Assembly: GCA_963782525.1 (NCBI GenBank)
Contig: CAWAKC010000007.1
Location: 1 to 64,000, forward strand
Length of the DNA stretch: 64,000 nt
Direction of reading: 5' to 3'
Origin: Candidatus Bathyarchaeota archaeon
Lineage (GTDB): Archaea > Thermoproteota > Bathyarchaeia > Bathyarchaeales > Bathycorpusculaceae
Of the stretch, positions 48,798 through 59,522 are shown piece by piece. Each line of letters starts with the position of its first letter. Position 1 is the stretch's first letter. The translations under genes were made by a program, and so were the position numbers. A model generated the notes under the pieces. That model had not been told where the DNA came from and did not search any database. It worked only from the letters and a program-made list of their open reading frames with translations.

Positions 48798-49384
48798 AAT
48801 CTACCGCCTCCGCGTCCGCCTCTGCGGCCTCTGCTTGGTGGCCGAGCTTCTACTTGTTTAGCTACGACTGTCAAGCCGACTCGTAGTGCGTGTTCTTGGC
48901 TTGCTAATGCGCTTTCTGGTGAGTACACCATTTTTGTTTCATCTTCTTTTAGTACTATATAACCGGGGATTGTTACTCTGCGTCCATCGATTGTTATGTG
49001 TCCATGTGTGATAAGTTGGCGTGATTGATAGACAGTTCTTGCTAAACCTTTGCGGAACACAATGGTTTGTAATCGGCGTTCCAAGATGTCTTCTATGGTT
49101 AAGTCTAACACGTTATCGAGGACTGCGGTTTCTTGCAAGATTCCTTTCTTTTTGAGTTGGGCGAGTAATTCGTTTTCCATCTTTGCGCGTTCTTCAGTGG
49201 TTTTGCTGATGAGTGAACGGGCGATGCTTCTGGTCTTAGATAGGGTGGTTTTGTGGCGCCAGAGTTCATGTTTGTTTCTTAAACCAAATTGCCCCAGAAG
49301 TTTAAGTTCTTCTTGGAGGACATCTTTTCGCCAACGAAAACGTGGCGTATCAAATTTCTTACGCTGCTTCTTTGGATCTCCCAT
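48794..49384 (-). CDS. rps4: 30S ribosomal protein S4
   Basis: [32 protein letters not shown]. Confidence 0.97.
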   Translation of the reverse strand: MGDPKKQRKKFDTPRFRWRKDVLQEELKLLGQFGLRNKHELWRHKTTLSKTRSIARSLISKTTEERAKMENELLAQLKKKGILQETAVLDNVLDLTIEDILERRLQTIVFRKGLARTVYQSRQLITHGHITIDGRRVTIPGYIVLKEDETKMVYSPESALASQEHALRVGLTVVAKQVEARPPSRGRRGGRGGGRF

Positions 49385-49386
49385 GC

Positions 49387-49875
49387 TTATTTGCCTCCTT
49401 CTGGTGCTCCACCGGGCTTTTGCATCAGAGTCTTCTTCTTAACTCCTAGTGCGTTGCCTGCTCTTCCAGTGGTTTTTGTTCTTTGGCCACGTACTTTCAG
49501 GCTGTAAGCATGGCGGTATCCACGCCAAGACCTGATTTCTTTAGCTTGATCAATGTCAGTTTTAATTTTAAAGGCTAGTTCAGCGCTTAAAATGTGTGCG
49601 TCTTTGCCAACTTCTACATCTTTTCGGCGGTTAAACATCCAGCTTGGGATGCTGTATTTTGCCGGGTCTTTAATGACATCTTCTATTTTTGCGATGTCAG
49701 ATTCTGTTATATAGCCAACACGCAGGTCTGGATTTACGCCTGCTTTTTTGAGGACTGCATTTGCGAGCGCGGAGCTTACTCCTTTAACTTGCGCTACGGC
49801 GTATGAAGTCTTTAAGGTACCTTGAACGTCTGTACCCATGATACGAAGTATATAGCGATATTCCTGCTGTGACAT
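49387..49875 (-). CDS. rps13: 30S ribosomal protein S13
   Basis: [24 protein letters not shown]. Confidence 0.97.
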   Translation of the reverse strand: MSQQEYRYILRIMGTDVQGTLKTSYAVAQVKGVSSALANAVLKKAGVNPDLRVGYITESDIAKIEDVIKDPAKYSIPSWMFNRRKDVEVGKDAHILSAELAFKIKTDIDQAKEIRSWRGYRHAYSLKVRGQRTKTTGRAGNALGVKKKTLMQKPGGAPEGGK

Positions 49876-49980
49876 GCTAAATTTTCATCCGTTTTTTTAA
49901 CTTAAAGCATATACGAAATATGACGGTATTTATTTAAACCTTCTCTTCCAAAAACTACCATCAACGTTAACTGAAAAATG

Positions 49981-52179
49981 TTAGCAACTGCATGCCAGCA
50001 TCTTAAGATGAAGTTCATTCCGCAGCTTATCAAAGCTCTCTTGTATCCCACTAATTAAGTCATCATCTTTACCCAATTCAAGACCAACATATTTTGTTTT
50101 ATTGCATTCACCGTTGAAGGTGATAACATCAACAATAGAACGCCTTTTTTCATACAATTCCTTTATTTTTAAGCTTTCAACATCATTTTCATTTAGGTAT
50201 AAAATAGAATACATAAGTGCGCAAGCAGCCCCAAACTCCAAACCTCTTGTACCTAATCCATGTTTTTTCGCCAAAGCGATTGTACCAAGTATACGTTCGC
50301 CGCATTGAAGTTTTCTCATGGGATCTCGCCCAACCCTCGAACACTTATCTTTAAAAGAAGCGCGGCACCTTTTAAGAAAATTTTGGGCTATAGAATTTAT
50401 GTACTGTTTAGAATTGGGGTTTTCTTTTAACAGTGCGGGCATTATTTCGTTTTTAATTATACATTCAGCAAGTATTGAGACTCTCGAGTCACCCATACCT
50501 TGCCCTATAGTCTTATACCCAAGAAGTGCCGAATACCAAGCAATTATTGCATGCGGTCCGTTTGAGAGCTTATTTTTTATTTCTTGCATGGATTTTATAT
50601 TCTCGACTGTTACTACCTGTCTTAATCGCTCTAAAATTGGGCTTCCTTCACTGGCGTAGATTGGCATGTCTGGTTCGCTACTGAATAGGGTAACACTTAA
50701 TTTTGATAGTTCATTGGCAAATTGAGTTACAGACGAAACGAAGTCGGCAATGTGAATTGTCTGGTTAATTGCTTGGTTTTCGTCTTTTAATGATTTATTG
50801 TGTTTAGTTAAATTTTTTTCTGCAAAATAGGCTCGCGAAAACTCAAAGACTTCTTTCATTTTCCCAGAATACTCCAGGATGCATTTGTTCATACTGTATA
50901 ATTCCTTGTGCATGTTTGAAAGAATAATTTCATCGGGAATTTTCGACACCATTCTGTTAACAACGGTTTCAGTGAAAAATGTGCTTTTCATAATTTTTTT
51001 TGCTTTTTCTTCACCTGCTATCTGGATGATTGCGTTCTCGACATGGTGTCGGACAAAATTTGCCGAATTAATCTTGTTCATGACGATGAGCAAAGTGAGG
51101 CTTTTACCGGTGCTTTCGTATCGTTCTATCAAGCCTTTGGCAATCATCTTTGATTGAGACCTGATAGCGTGTTCTGGAAGAGCCAGCCCAATTATTTGCG
51201 CTTTTTTATACATATTGATTATTTGTGCTTCGTCGTTCATATCGATAATTTTTACATTTGAAATCGTTTGAAAATATGCAAGGCTCTCATACTTTACATT
51301 GTATTTACCTAAGGCATTGACTAGCTGCCGTTTAAGATTGTCACTTGTAGCGCCAATTATCTGACCCGGTCTTGTGTATCCATCCCAATGGGAAAAAATT
51401 TGGGCAAGATAACCACCTCCCATTGCACCAAACCCGTGTATCCCTACAACAGTGTAACCTATACTTTGAGGAAAATGCTCATTGAGTGTCGGGATTGGCA
51501 TCTTTGGCATTTGCTGAATTAGTTCATCCAAAAAATCCGTCATTTTTTCGCAGGACTTATACGCAAGTGCCTTAACCGCTAAATCAGGTTCTTTTATGTC
51601 CTTGATGAAGATGGGTATTCCGCCTGAAGCGTTTGCGGATAAAAGTCCGTTTTGTGAATCTTCAAAAATAAAGCATTTGCTTGGCGCACAATTAAGTTCG
51701 CTTGCTGCTTTGAGAAATATTTCTGGGTCGGGCTTTCCTTTTTCTACGTCCTCCCCGCATATAGTCACATCAAAAAATCGAAGTACCCTTGCACTGAGCA
51801 GATATTCTTCGGCGATTTCTCTTCGGCTTGAGGTAGCTAAAGCGATAAGTACCCCATTCTTTTTGAGACGTTCAAGTAAATTATAAAGACCCTCCTTAAC
51901 TGGAACCCCGTTTTCTCTTACGTACCCTCTTTCGAGTTCATCTGCGCGTACTCTTATTTTTTTATACGGATAGTTCTCGCCATAAAATTCTTTTGCAAGC
52001 TTTTCACCGGTTACGGCGCTTATTCCGAGGGAATCATAGAGGATTTGGTCTGAAATTTCTTCGCCAAAGATTTCCTTAGAGGCCTGTTTAAGCATCTTGA
52101 ATCGTAGGCGTTCGGTATCAAACATCGTTCCGTCCATGTCGAAAATGACAGCCTCTAAGGTTTTGTTCTGAAAAATCAA
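49981..52179 (-). CDS. mtlD: Bifunctional HAD phosphatase / mannitol-1-phosphate dehydrogenase
   Basis: N-terminal HAD (FDMDGT, ATSS, KPDP, FEDS..G); C-terminal GIHGFGAMGGG, VVNRMV, KNKLSNGPHA, RVGRDPMRKL. Confidence 0.88.
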   Translation of the reverse strand: MIFQNKTLEAVIFDMDGTMFDTERLRFKMLKQASKEIFGEEISDQILYDSLGISAVTGEKLAKEFYGENYPYKKIRVRADELERGYVRENGVPVKEGLYNLLERLKKNGVLIALATSSRREIAEEYLLSARVLRFFDVTICGEDVEKGKPDPEIFLKAASELNCAPSKCFIFEDSQNGLLSANASGGIPIFIKDIKEPDLAVKALAYKSCEKMTDFLDELIQQMPKMPIPTLNEHFPQSIGYTVVGIHGFGAMGGGYLAQIFSHWDGYTRPGQIIGATSDNLKRQLVNALGKYNVKYESLAYFQTISNVKIIDMNDEAQIINMYKKAQIIGLALPEHAIRSQSKMIAKGLIERYESTGKSLTLLIVMNKINSANFVRHHVENAIIQIAGEEKAKKIMKSTFFTETVVNRMVSKIPDEIILSNMHKELYSMNKCILEYSGKMKEVFEFSRAYFAEKNLTKHNKSLKDENQAINQTIHIADFVSSVTQFANELSKLSVTLFSSEPDMPIYASEGSPILERLRQVVTVENIKSMQEIKNKLSNGPHAIIAWYSALLGYKTIGQGMGDSRVSILAECIIKNEIMPALLKENPNSKQYINSIAQNFLKRCRASFKDKCSRVGRDPMRKLQCGERILGTIALAKKHGLGTRGLEFGAACALMYSILYLNENDVESLKIKELYEKRRSIVDVITFNGECNKTKYVGLELGKDDDLISGIQESFDKLRNELHLKMLACSC

Positions 52180-52403
52180 TCCTTTCTCCTCTAATTATTT
52201 TTTGTTACTTACTGGGAAGCTTTTCTTATAAGTTTTATCCATGAATTAAGAAAAAACATCAAATTTTTACGGGAAAACTACAGAGTTTATGTAGAGTTTA
52301 CCAAAATAAGTCGCTATTACTGCATCAGACAAGATAATAAATTTTAAGGAGACGAACCCAGAGTAAAAAAAAACCTCCAAAAAAATTTTAATCCCAAACT
52401 AAG

Positions 52404-52661
52404 TTAAGCCTGCTCAACCATGCCGACAACGTTCAAGGTTGAGTTTATCCATCGCAGATAAGCGTTCAATGTTGCGCGCAAAGCAACTGTGTCGTCCGCC
52501 TCAACAGTTAACTCAAGAAACAATCCTTCATCTTCAAGTGTTATTTTGGAGCGTTTAGTTGCTGGCGATTTAGCTTCTGGCGTTAAAGCGTGGAGAACAG
52601 TTGAAATTTGCTTTTGCGAATCAAACTTTAGGCGTACGATTGCTTTTGCTGTGGTTGACAT
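52404..52661 (-). CDS. pcc1: KEOPS complex subunit Pcc1
   Basis: AL.PE, ADDTVALRATLNAYLRW. Confidence 0.9.
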   Translation of the reverse strand: MSTTAKAIVRLKFDSQKQISTVLHALTPEAKSPATKRSKITLEDEGLFLELTVEADDTVALRATLNAYLRWINSTLNVVGMVEQA

Positions 52662-52736
52662 TCAGCATTCCCTACGCTAACAGAATATATAGAGTTTTAA
52701 ACATAAAATAAAAAATACAAAAAGAAAAAAAGTTGT

Positions 52737-53060
52737 TTACTCGGTTGTTTCTTCTTCAGTTGCCGACTCGACAGCTGCAGTGGCCTTCGCTATTTCTTCA
52801 ACTGGCGCACCTTTAGCTGCTCGTTTGGCCACAACACCCAGCTTTGTTACTGGCGTGTATGCTCCGCCTGCAAAAGTGTACTCGCACTTGCTGCATTTCC
52901 AAATGCCGACGCTTTCGCGTTTAACGCGGGTAAAACCGCAGTTTGGGCATCTGTGGGGCTTCTTGAGTTCAGTGATTACTTTGACGTAGCGTTTTCGAAC
53001 GGTTGAACCGTAACGTACGCCTAATCCTCGTGTTGGACCAACTTTCTTCATTCTTGGCAA
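52737..53060 (-). CDS. rpl37ae: 50S ribosomal protein L37ae
   Basis: RYGSTVRK, CPNC, GIWKCSKC, FAGGAY. Confidence 0.96.
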   Translation of the reverse strand: MPRMKKVGPTRGLGVRYGSTVRKRYVKVITELKKPHRCPNCGFTRVKRESVGIWKCSKCEYTFAGGAYTPVTKLGVVAKRAAKGAPVEEIAKATAAVESATEEETTE

Positions 53061-53067
53061 CTTTTAT

Positions 53068-53859
53068 TCACCAATCTAGTTTCTTGCGCAGTTCTGCTGC
53101 TTTGTCCAGAGCAATCTTTGAGGCTTCTAAAATCTGTTGCGGTGTGAAATAGCCTGAGCCGCCCTTCTGTATGGCGCAAATGGTTCCGTCTTCTTTAGTT
53201 GCGAAGGTGATGCGTGAATCCATGACTTGTTCTTCTTCAGCTATGGGGTCAGTGATTAGTTTGTTGCTGATTTTTCCGATGGTAACTGTTACAGGGTGGC
53301 TTCTCAGTGCTAAAGGTGTGTAGCCTTGTTTCATTTTTAGTTCACCGTCTTTGATTTCATAGTTGGGCATCTTTGTATTCAACAATGCAGCCATTGCAGC
53401 GATTGCGGATGCGTCAATTAGGTTTCCTCCGTGGTCAAGAACATAAATGTCGACGAATACAACGAACACTTTCTTTCCGGGTTCGATGCACAGTTTTTCG
53501 TTGTCGATGCATTTTGATTCCCTGATACCCCTGTCAACTACTCGAGCAAGTTCGATGCTATTTTCGTCTGGTGGACCTGGCTCAAAGCTCGGTGAAGCAA
53601 CTGGCACAAGCTCTGCATTTACTGTCAAGACGCCTTCGTTTGGTGTGTCTGAAAAGGGTTCGCCTAAGCCGACTTTGACGCCTACGAGAATTTGGGTTTT
53701 TCCCATGAAAACTCTTGCGGAGCCTTCAGCCTTCTCGATTATGCCTTGTTCAATTTTGATTTCGCGGGTATCGAGTAAGCCTCTATCGTCTAGGCGTTTG
53801 CCTTTCTCGATTAATTGTTCAATTTGTCTTAGTCTAACTTTAGTTACGAGTGATGACAT
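53068..53859 (-). CDS. rrp42: Exosome complex component Rrp42
   Basis: G.R.D.R, AEGSA, FEPGPPDE, ELARVVDRGIRES. Confidence 0.96.
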   Translation of the reverse strand: MSSLVTKVRLRQIEQLIEKGKRLDDRGLLDTREIKIEQGIIEKAEGSARVFMGKTQILVGVKVGLGEPFSDTPNEGVLTVNAELVPVASPSFEPGPPDENSIELARVVDRGIRESKCIDNEKLCIEPGKKVFVVFVDIYVLDHGGNLIDASAIAAMAALLNTKMPNYEIKDGELKMKQGYTPLALRSHPVTVTIGKISNKLITDPIAEEEQVMDSRITFATKEDGTICAIQKGGSGYFTPQQILEASKIALDKAAELRKKLDW

Positions 53860-54593
53860 TATTCTTCAACCTCTTTAACGACCATGTACTTGGTCTTAAG
53901 TGCTTCTTTCTGCATTTCATAGATTTTCTTGCATCCTTCCATTGCCATGTTTACGGCTTTCTCGAATTCAGCGGGCTCCAAAATTCCATCCATCTGTAGT
54001 AGTGTAATGGCGTTTAAGCTTGGCATGTAAGCGACTGGAACGTCTGCGGCGCCGAGTTTGTCTTCTGCATCATAGAGGTCAAGAACTACTGTATCTTCTA
54101 CTTTGCCTGCTGCACATCCAACGACTAAGTCGCGCATTGGAACGCCTGCGTCTGCAACGGCTAAGGCAGCTGCGGTGATAGCTGCACATCTTGTTCCTCC
54201 ATCTGCCTGCAAGACTTCAACATATACGTCGACGCCTGTGCGTGGGTAGAGTTCAAGGAACAGTGCGGGTTCTATTGATTCTTTTATTACTTTTGAGAGT
54301 TCAACTTCTCTTCTTGAGGGTGCTGGGGATTTTCTTTCCTGAACGGAAAAGGGTGCCATGTGATAGCGGACTTTTAGGACCATGCGGTCAGCTTGCATGA
54401 GGTGTTTTGGATGTACTTCTCTTGGGCCGAAAGCTGCGGCTAAAATCTTGTTTTTTCCGTGTTCAATGTAGGCTGAGCCGTCAGCGTTTGAGAGTACGCC
54501 TACTTGAAGTTTTACAGGGCGAAGTTCATCCGCTTTTCTACCGTCCAGTCGGATGCCTTTCTTATCGATTAATTTCTCTGTTTTTTCATTCAA
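53859..54593 (-). CDS. rrp41: Exosome complex component Rrp41
   Basis: RLDGRK.DELRP, ADGSA, YHMAPFS, QADGGTR. Confidence 0.97.
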   Translation of the reverse strand: MNEKTEKLIDKKGIRLDGRKADELRPVKLQVGVLSNADGSAYIEHGKNKILAAAFGPREVHPKHLMQADRMVLKVRYHMAPFSVQERKSPAPSRREVELSKVIKESIEPALFLELYPRTGVDVYVEVLQADGGTRCAAITAAALAVADAGVPMRDLVVGCAAGKVEDTVVLDLYDAEDKLGAADVPVAYMPSLNAITLLQMDGILEPAEFEKAVNMAMEGCKKIYEMQKEALKTKYMVVKEVEE

Positions 54594-55299
54594 CTTTGTT
54601 TTCCTCCACTTTACCTAATTTCTTTTCTTTCAGCAACTGTGTTATGCGATCAGTAAGACCGCTTGTGTGGGATTCTTCCTCGATTTTTCGAATAACGCTT
54701 ATGGCAAGTTCTTCTTCTTCCAGAGTTTTGCCAGTGACCAATATCACGCCGTTTAAGCCCAATATGATTTGGCAGTTGGTTTCTTGTTTAATCATGGAAA
54801 TCATTGAGCCTTTGCGTCCGATGATACGGGGAATCTTTGTTGGTGTAACATGCAGGATTTGACCGCGAGTAATCTTTCCCAGTCCAGGTTCGCCCACGGT
54901 TAATTGTGGGTCGTGTGCTCTGTCGAAGGATGCTATTTTGGCAACGATTAAGTCGCCGGCAGTTAGGACTGCGGATAACTCATCGTTTTGTGGCTTAAAG
55001 GGCCTGCTGAGTACGTCGGATGCACGCAGCATTGCTGTGTAGGGTGCTTTAATGTTGACGGTCCAGCCGTTGAATCCGACTTCAGTGACTGTTCCAATAA
55101 CTATGTCGCCCATTTTCGGGACGTAAAAAGCCCTTAGTGCAACAACGTTTACTTTTTTATTGTCACTGTCTACGAGTCCAATCCTTGAGGCATAAATCTT
55201 GCCTGCTTCCACATACGTGTTTTCGCCAGGTAAATAGTCGCCTTCAGCGAGCATTTCGCCCGGGGTCACGAGCTGTTTTTTTTCAAAGAATGTTGGCAT
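54586..55299 (-). CDS. rrp4: Exosome complex RNA-binding protein Rrp4
   Basis: VTPGE, S1 domain, [19 protein letters not shown]. Confidence 0.96.
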   Translation of the reverse strand: MPTFFEKKQLVTPGEMLAEGDYLPGENTYVEAGKIYASRIGLVDSDNKKVNVVALRAFYVPKMGDIVIGTVTEVGFNGWTVNIKAPYTAMLRASDVLSRPFKPQNDELSAVLTAGDLIVAKIASFDRAHDPQLTVGEPGLGKITRGQILHVTPTKIPRIIGRKGSMISMIKQETNCQIILGLNGVILVTGKTLEEEELAISVIRKIEEESHTSGLTDRITQLLKEKKLGKVEENKVE

Positions 55300-55328
55300 A
55301 AAATCACATTTTCCATATTTTTATTACT

Positions 55329-56018
55329 TTAAGAGATTATTTTTGCTTCTCCACTTCCCTTGGTTGCATCACCAAGCTTGTTCAAAAGCGAAGCGTATGA
55401 TCCTGCGGGTAACTCAAGTTCACCATACCAGGAACCGTCACCGCGCCATTCTTCCCGTTTAATAGTACCCAACGTTTTGATTGTGCCGTAAGCTCTTGCA
55501 GCATGTTGAGTTGGTATTTTGATTGCAACTGTAACCTGTTCGATTTTCAAGGGTAAAATGGGTCGTAACAGTTTAACTATGTCTTTAGCCTGCTCTTCCA
55601 CAGACTTGTACGGGTCAATTGGATAACGAATCTGCTCCATCGCATTTTCGATGCGCGCAGGCGGATGCGGCAAATTTGTTTTAGGGTCTACTGCTTGGCG
55701 GGAAATAAAATCTATAACTAGCCTTTTTTTGTCTTCGACCATTTTCCGTCTTTGGTCAGTTGTTAGCTGCAAAGTTCCTTTCTTTAAGATTTCATCAGCG
55801 ATTTTTAGCGGGTCACATGTTTTGAAGGCTTTTTTCATAGCTTCTTCAGAAACCTTAGTGCCCTTGTTTGCGTCAGCAAAAATCATTTCAGCGGCTAAAA
55901 CCTCAGTTATGCCTGCGATTTTGCCGTTTCGGTAGTCGAGCGCTTTGTTGGGCTTAACTAATATTTCAAAATGCTCATTTTCTCTTGTTAAGCGCGCGAC
56001 GGTGAACTTTTCGCTCAT
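55329..56018 (-). CDS. Ribosome assembly factor SBDS/Sdo1
   Basis: FEILV, G.LQLT..QRR, DPKT.LPHPP.RIE. Confidence 0.95.
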   Translation of the reverse strand: MSEKFTVARLTRENEHFEILVKPNKALDYRNGKIAGITEVLAAEMIFADANKGTKVSEEAMKKAFKTCDPLKIADEILKKGTLQLTTDQRRKMVEDKKRLVIDFISRQAVDPKTNLPHPPARIENAMEQIRYPIDPYKSVEEQAKDIVKLLRPILPLKIEQVTVAIKIPTQHAARAYGTIKTLGTIKREEWRGDGSWYGELELPAGSYASLLNKLGDATKGSGEAKIIS

Positions 56019-56025
56019 TAGTTTT

Positions 56026-56754
56026 TCACTTGCTTGAACCCAGCTCTTTGATGTAACCTTCCACTGTGTTGTCGTTTAACATTTCCATTTTCTGTGTTGC
56101 AGCTGGGATGATTGCGATTTTTATTCTCGGCGGTAGCTGGCGCGCTTCGAGGGCTTTAACTAGACATTTGACTGTTAGTTTTATGCTGCTGTCTAGGTTT
56201 AGGTCCTCTTTGTATTCTTCTTTCAGGATTCCTAGAACTGTTTCTCTTCCTGCGCCGAGTGCTGTGGCTTTGTAGCCGCGATAGGTTCCACTTGGGTGTG
56301 TGCCGAAGACGCGGGTTCCGGTTTTGTCGACTCCGCCGAAGATGATTGAGACTCCGAAGGGTCGAACACCTGCATGCTGCGTGTACATCTGCTGGATATC
56401 GCATATGCGTTTGGTTACGACTTCTACGTCGATGGGTTCGTCGTAGGTTAGTTTGTTACTTTGAGCGTAGATTCTTGCTTGGTCAATTAGGATTCTTGCG
56501 TCGGAACTTAACCCGACTATGGCTGCGCCAATATGGTCGTCTACTCGGAAGATTTTCCATGAGTAACCTGCTTCTTCGAGGACTTCTATGTTTTCTTCTG
56601 AACCTAGAACTAATCCTTCTGAACTTTGGATGCCTATAATGGTGGCTCCGCGGTTCACAAGTTCCATTGCGTATTCTACTTGGAAGAGTCGTCCATCAGG
56701 CGAGAAAACGGTAATGGCACGGTCATATGCTCCTGGTGCTGCAAATACAGACAT
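56026..56754 (-). CDS. psmA: Proteasome alpha subunit
   Basis: YDRAITVFSPDGRLFQVEYA, RPFGVS. Confidence 0.97.
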   Translation of the reverse strand: MSVFAAPGAYDRAITVFSPDGRLFQVEYAMELVNRGATIIGIQSSEGLVLGSEENIEVLEEAGYSWKIFRVDDHIGAAIVGLSSDARILIDQARIYAQSNKLTYDEPIDVEVVTKRICDIQQMYTQHAGVRPFGVSIIFGGVDKTGTRVFGTHPSGTYRGYKATALGAGRETVLGILKEEYKEDLNLDSSIKLTVKCLVKALEARQLPPRIKIAIIPAATQKMEMLNDNTVEGYIKELGSSK

Positions 56755-57017
56755 AATGTTAACCTCACTTTACACTATACACTTTTTCACAGTCTCATAC
56801 AACAACTATACTAAAAACCTTTCCTATAAAAGCAAAACCTAACCAGCAAGGTTTTGAGATTTTGAAGGTGACTCTAACAACCTTAGTCATGGACAATTTG
56901 TAGTCCATAAGCCTGTTGCTTGGAAAAAAACTATAGCCCCCCTAATATAGTGAGACTTGAGTGAAATGGAGAAGGACTAAACCCAATTGGTTGTTATCCA
57001 AACAAGTTAATGTAACC

Positions 57018-57539
57018 TTAGCTTACTACTTGGATGGGTAAAACACAGTAATTTTGAGTAAACTCGTAAGTTCCCGCTGAGTTTTGTTGCCATAACTCGA
57101 AAACAACGGAGTAATTTCCTACCGCGTTCTCCGTAACAGTAGCTGTGTTCTCACTGGTCTTTCCGTCTCCTAAACTGTTTATTTGGAGAACTTGGCTTGC
57201 TGGAACATCAACGGGAAAAGTGGAGAGGTTCTCGGTTATTTTCACCTGCACCTGATAAGAAGCACCATGCCCCAGATGGTTTACTACGTCAACGTAGATG
57301 TTGAATGTGCTGTTCTGGTTAGCCAACAAGGTTTCAGGGTAATCTACGGCTTTTTTGTTGGAGTCAAGCAAGTAAATACTGTTATATGGTTCTGCAGGCG
57401 GTCTAAACCAAACAAAATAGCTCAAAACTGCAACGGAAACGATGAGTAACGCAAGAAAAATGGCAACTGCAAAGCCTTTCTCTTCATTAAGCCCGAGTTT
57501 TCTTCCAAGCCGCTTCGCGCTTTCTAATCGTATCTGCAT
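57018..57539 (-). CDS. DUF1616-like membrane-anchored protein
   Basis: TM helix then EPY..IYLL...A.DYP, VVNH.G, FELW. Start uncertain. Confidence 0.7.
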   Translation of the reverse strand: MQIRLESAKRLGRKLGLNEEKGFAVAIFLALLIVSVAVLSYFVWFRPPAEPYNSIYLLDSNKKAVDYPETLLANQNSTFNIYVDVVNHLGHGASYQVQVKITENLSTFPVDVPASQVLQINSLGDGKTSENTATVTENAVGNYSVVFELWQQNSAGTYEFTQNYCVLPIQVVS

Positions 57540-58218
57540 CCAAAGACCCCTTGAATATAGTGCTAAATATCTCGATACCTGACTTAAACCTTCGCAGTTT
57601 AGGCCTGCCATACTTTCGGGCTTTATAGGTCGTGGGAACCTCAATCATGCTATAGCCTTCCTTAGCGAATTTTATGAGCATCTCCGTTGCAAACGCCATG
57701 TCACCCTCGACTAAATTGACGTTGTCGATGGCATCATGGGATATCGCTCGGAACCCCGATTGTGTGTCACTGAGGAATTGGCTATAAACGAAGTCGAAGA
57801 AGAACGTAATGACTTTGTTGCCGATGAAGTTCATAATGCCCATAGCTTTTTTGGGATCATACATGCGGGTTGCTAAAACCATGTCTGCGTCTTGCTCAAT
57901 CATTTTAGCTATCATACGGTTGATGTGTCGCACTTCGTAGGTTCCGTCGCCGTCTACCATGATTATGATGTTGCCCTTGGCGTTTTTCATGCCCGTTTTA
58001 AGAGCTAAGCCGTAGCCTCGTCGAGGTTCAACGATGAGTCTGCAGTACCCAAGTTCCTGAACGATTTCTTTGGTTCCATCTGTCGAGTTCCCGTCGACGA
58101 CGATGATTTCTTTTGGATAAGATAAATCTTCATGGATGGTTGTTATGGCTTCCAGAATGTTACCTGCTTCGTTGAGTGTTGGAATTACCACCGAGACCAT
58201 TTCAACTTTTGACGTCAT
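57487..58218 (-). CDS. GT2 glycosyltransferase (DPM1-like)
   Basis: VVIPTLNE, VVDGNSTDGT, VDGDGTY, DTQSGFRA. Confidence 0.92.
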   Translation of the reverse strand: MTSKVEMVSVVIPTLNEAGNILEAITTIHEDLSYPKEIIVVDGNSTDGTKEIVQELGYCRLIVEPRRGYGLALKTGMKNAKGNIIIMVDGDGTYEVRHINRMIAKMIEQDADMVLATRMYDPKKAMGIMNFIGNKVITFFFDFVYSQFLSDTQSGFRAISHDAIDNVNLVEGDMAFATEMLIKFAKEGYSMIEVPTTYKARKYGRPKLRRFKSGIEIFSTIFKGSLDADTIRKREAAWKKTRA

Positions 58219-58262
58219 CAGCTAACTTCCATTCAAAGGGCTAATATGTTTCCGTTACATGG

Positions 58263-59429
58263 TTAAATAAGCTCTTCGTATATTTCCACGAGCCTTTCAA
58301 CGTTCTTATCCCAACTATACTTATCTTCCATCATGGAGCGGAGTTCTTTTTTGCGTGAAGAGAAATCTTGTTTGGCGAAATCCAATATGGCTTTTGCAAG
58401 CAGTTCAGGCTGATTGGGCGGCACCAGTTTTCCATATTCTTCCATAAGGATTTCCCTTATTCCTCCAACGTCCGTTGCGATTACTGGCAACGCGCACGCC
58501 ATGGCTTCAAGCGCAACCAGCGGCAGACCTTCACCTGATTTTGAAGGCAGTACAAAAATGTCTGAGGCATTGTAGTAGATAGGTAAATCTTCATCGCTTA
58601 CAAAGCCTGCAAGCTTAAAGTTCTCCTCAATACCCAACTCATGAATCCTTAACTTGACGCTTTCGGAATCTGGACCTTTACCTACCGCCAAAAACACAAT
58701 TCGCGGGTTCTTTTTGACCGCGATGTTAGCGCCTTCAATGAGGGTGTCCACACCGTTCTTGTAAACAAGTCGCCGCACAGTCAAAATCACGACCGCATCC
58801 GACGGAATTCCGAGCTTTCGCCTCATTTCTTCACGTTTTTTAGCCATCGGCTTAAACTTTTCCAAATCAACCCCGTTATGCACAACCTCGACCTTCTTGG
58901 GTTTGGCGCCTAAACGAAGCACATATTCTTTTGTGGCGCCGCTTACGGCGATAATTCTGTCTGCGTCTTGGAGGTTTTGTTTGCCGACAGTTAGGTCGTT
59001 TAAGTTTTCAATGTCGTCGAAGAGGTTGTTGTATTCGATGAAGGTGTTGTGTTGGGTGAGTACGAAGGGTTTAGAGTACATTTTGGCAAGTTTACCTGCG
59101 GTTAGCGAGGTTAAGTATGGGTGGCCGTGTGCGTGGACTATTTTGCTCTGGTTCACCGCTTTAAGAAAAGTGGGGAAACTCGTGACCGTTGGAATCGAAT
59201 AAGGAATCCCCAACCTAAAGCCAGTGTTTAGCGATTCATAGCATTCTACTGATACGCCGTCAACCACGTATTTTTGAGGTGTACCTATCCTATTAGTTAC
59301 AACCATGGGCACAAAATTTTTCGTTCGCAACCGCTTGCTTTGTTCATTAACCACCTTTTCTATACCGCCCACATGCGGCAGAAAAGTGTGCGTGACAATG
59401 CAGAGCCTTGTTTGAACCATGCTGCCCAA
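58263..59429 (-). CDS. GT4 glycosyltransferase
   Basis: GGIE, HNGVD, EGLPLVALEAMAC.LPVIATDVGG. Confidence 0.92.
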   Translation of the reverse strand: MGSMVQTRLCIVTHTFLPHVGGIEKVVNEQSKRLRTKNFVPMVVTNRIGTPQKYVVDGVSVECYESLNTGFRLGIPYSIPTVTSFPTFLKAVNQSKIVHAHGHPYLTSLTAGKLAKMYSKPFVLTQHNTFIEYNNLFDDIENLNDLTVGKQNLQDADRIIAVSGATKEYVLRLGAKPKKVEVVHNGVDLEKFKPMAKKREEMRRKLGIPSDAVVILTVRRLVYKNGVDTLIEGANIAVKKNPRIVFLAVGKGPDSESVKLRIHELGIEENFKLAGFVSDEDLPIYYNASDIFVLPSKSGEGLPLVALEAMACALPVIATDVGGIREILMEEYGKLVPPNQPELLAKAILDFAKQDFSSRKKELRSMMEDKYSWDKNVERLVEIYEELI

Positions 59430-59522
59430 CAGGCTAAATCCTCAATCGGCATAGTATTATAATCTTATGGTAAAGTCAAGGCTATCGTTGTCGCGACTGA
59501 AACTGCACAAAAACATGGAATT

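Noticed and set aside
49944-49960. CTTCCAAAAACT near the mtlD boundary resembling a repeat arm
   Set aside because: Short AT-rich match within the rps13 promoter region; a similar word occurs by chance inside relE (~4299).
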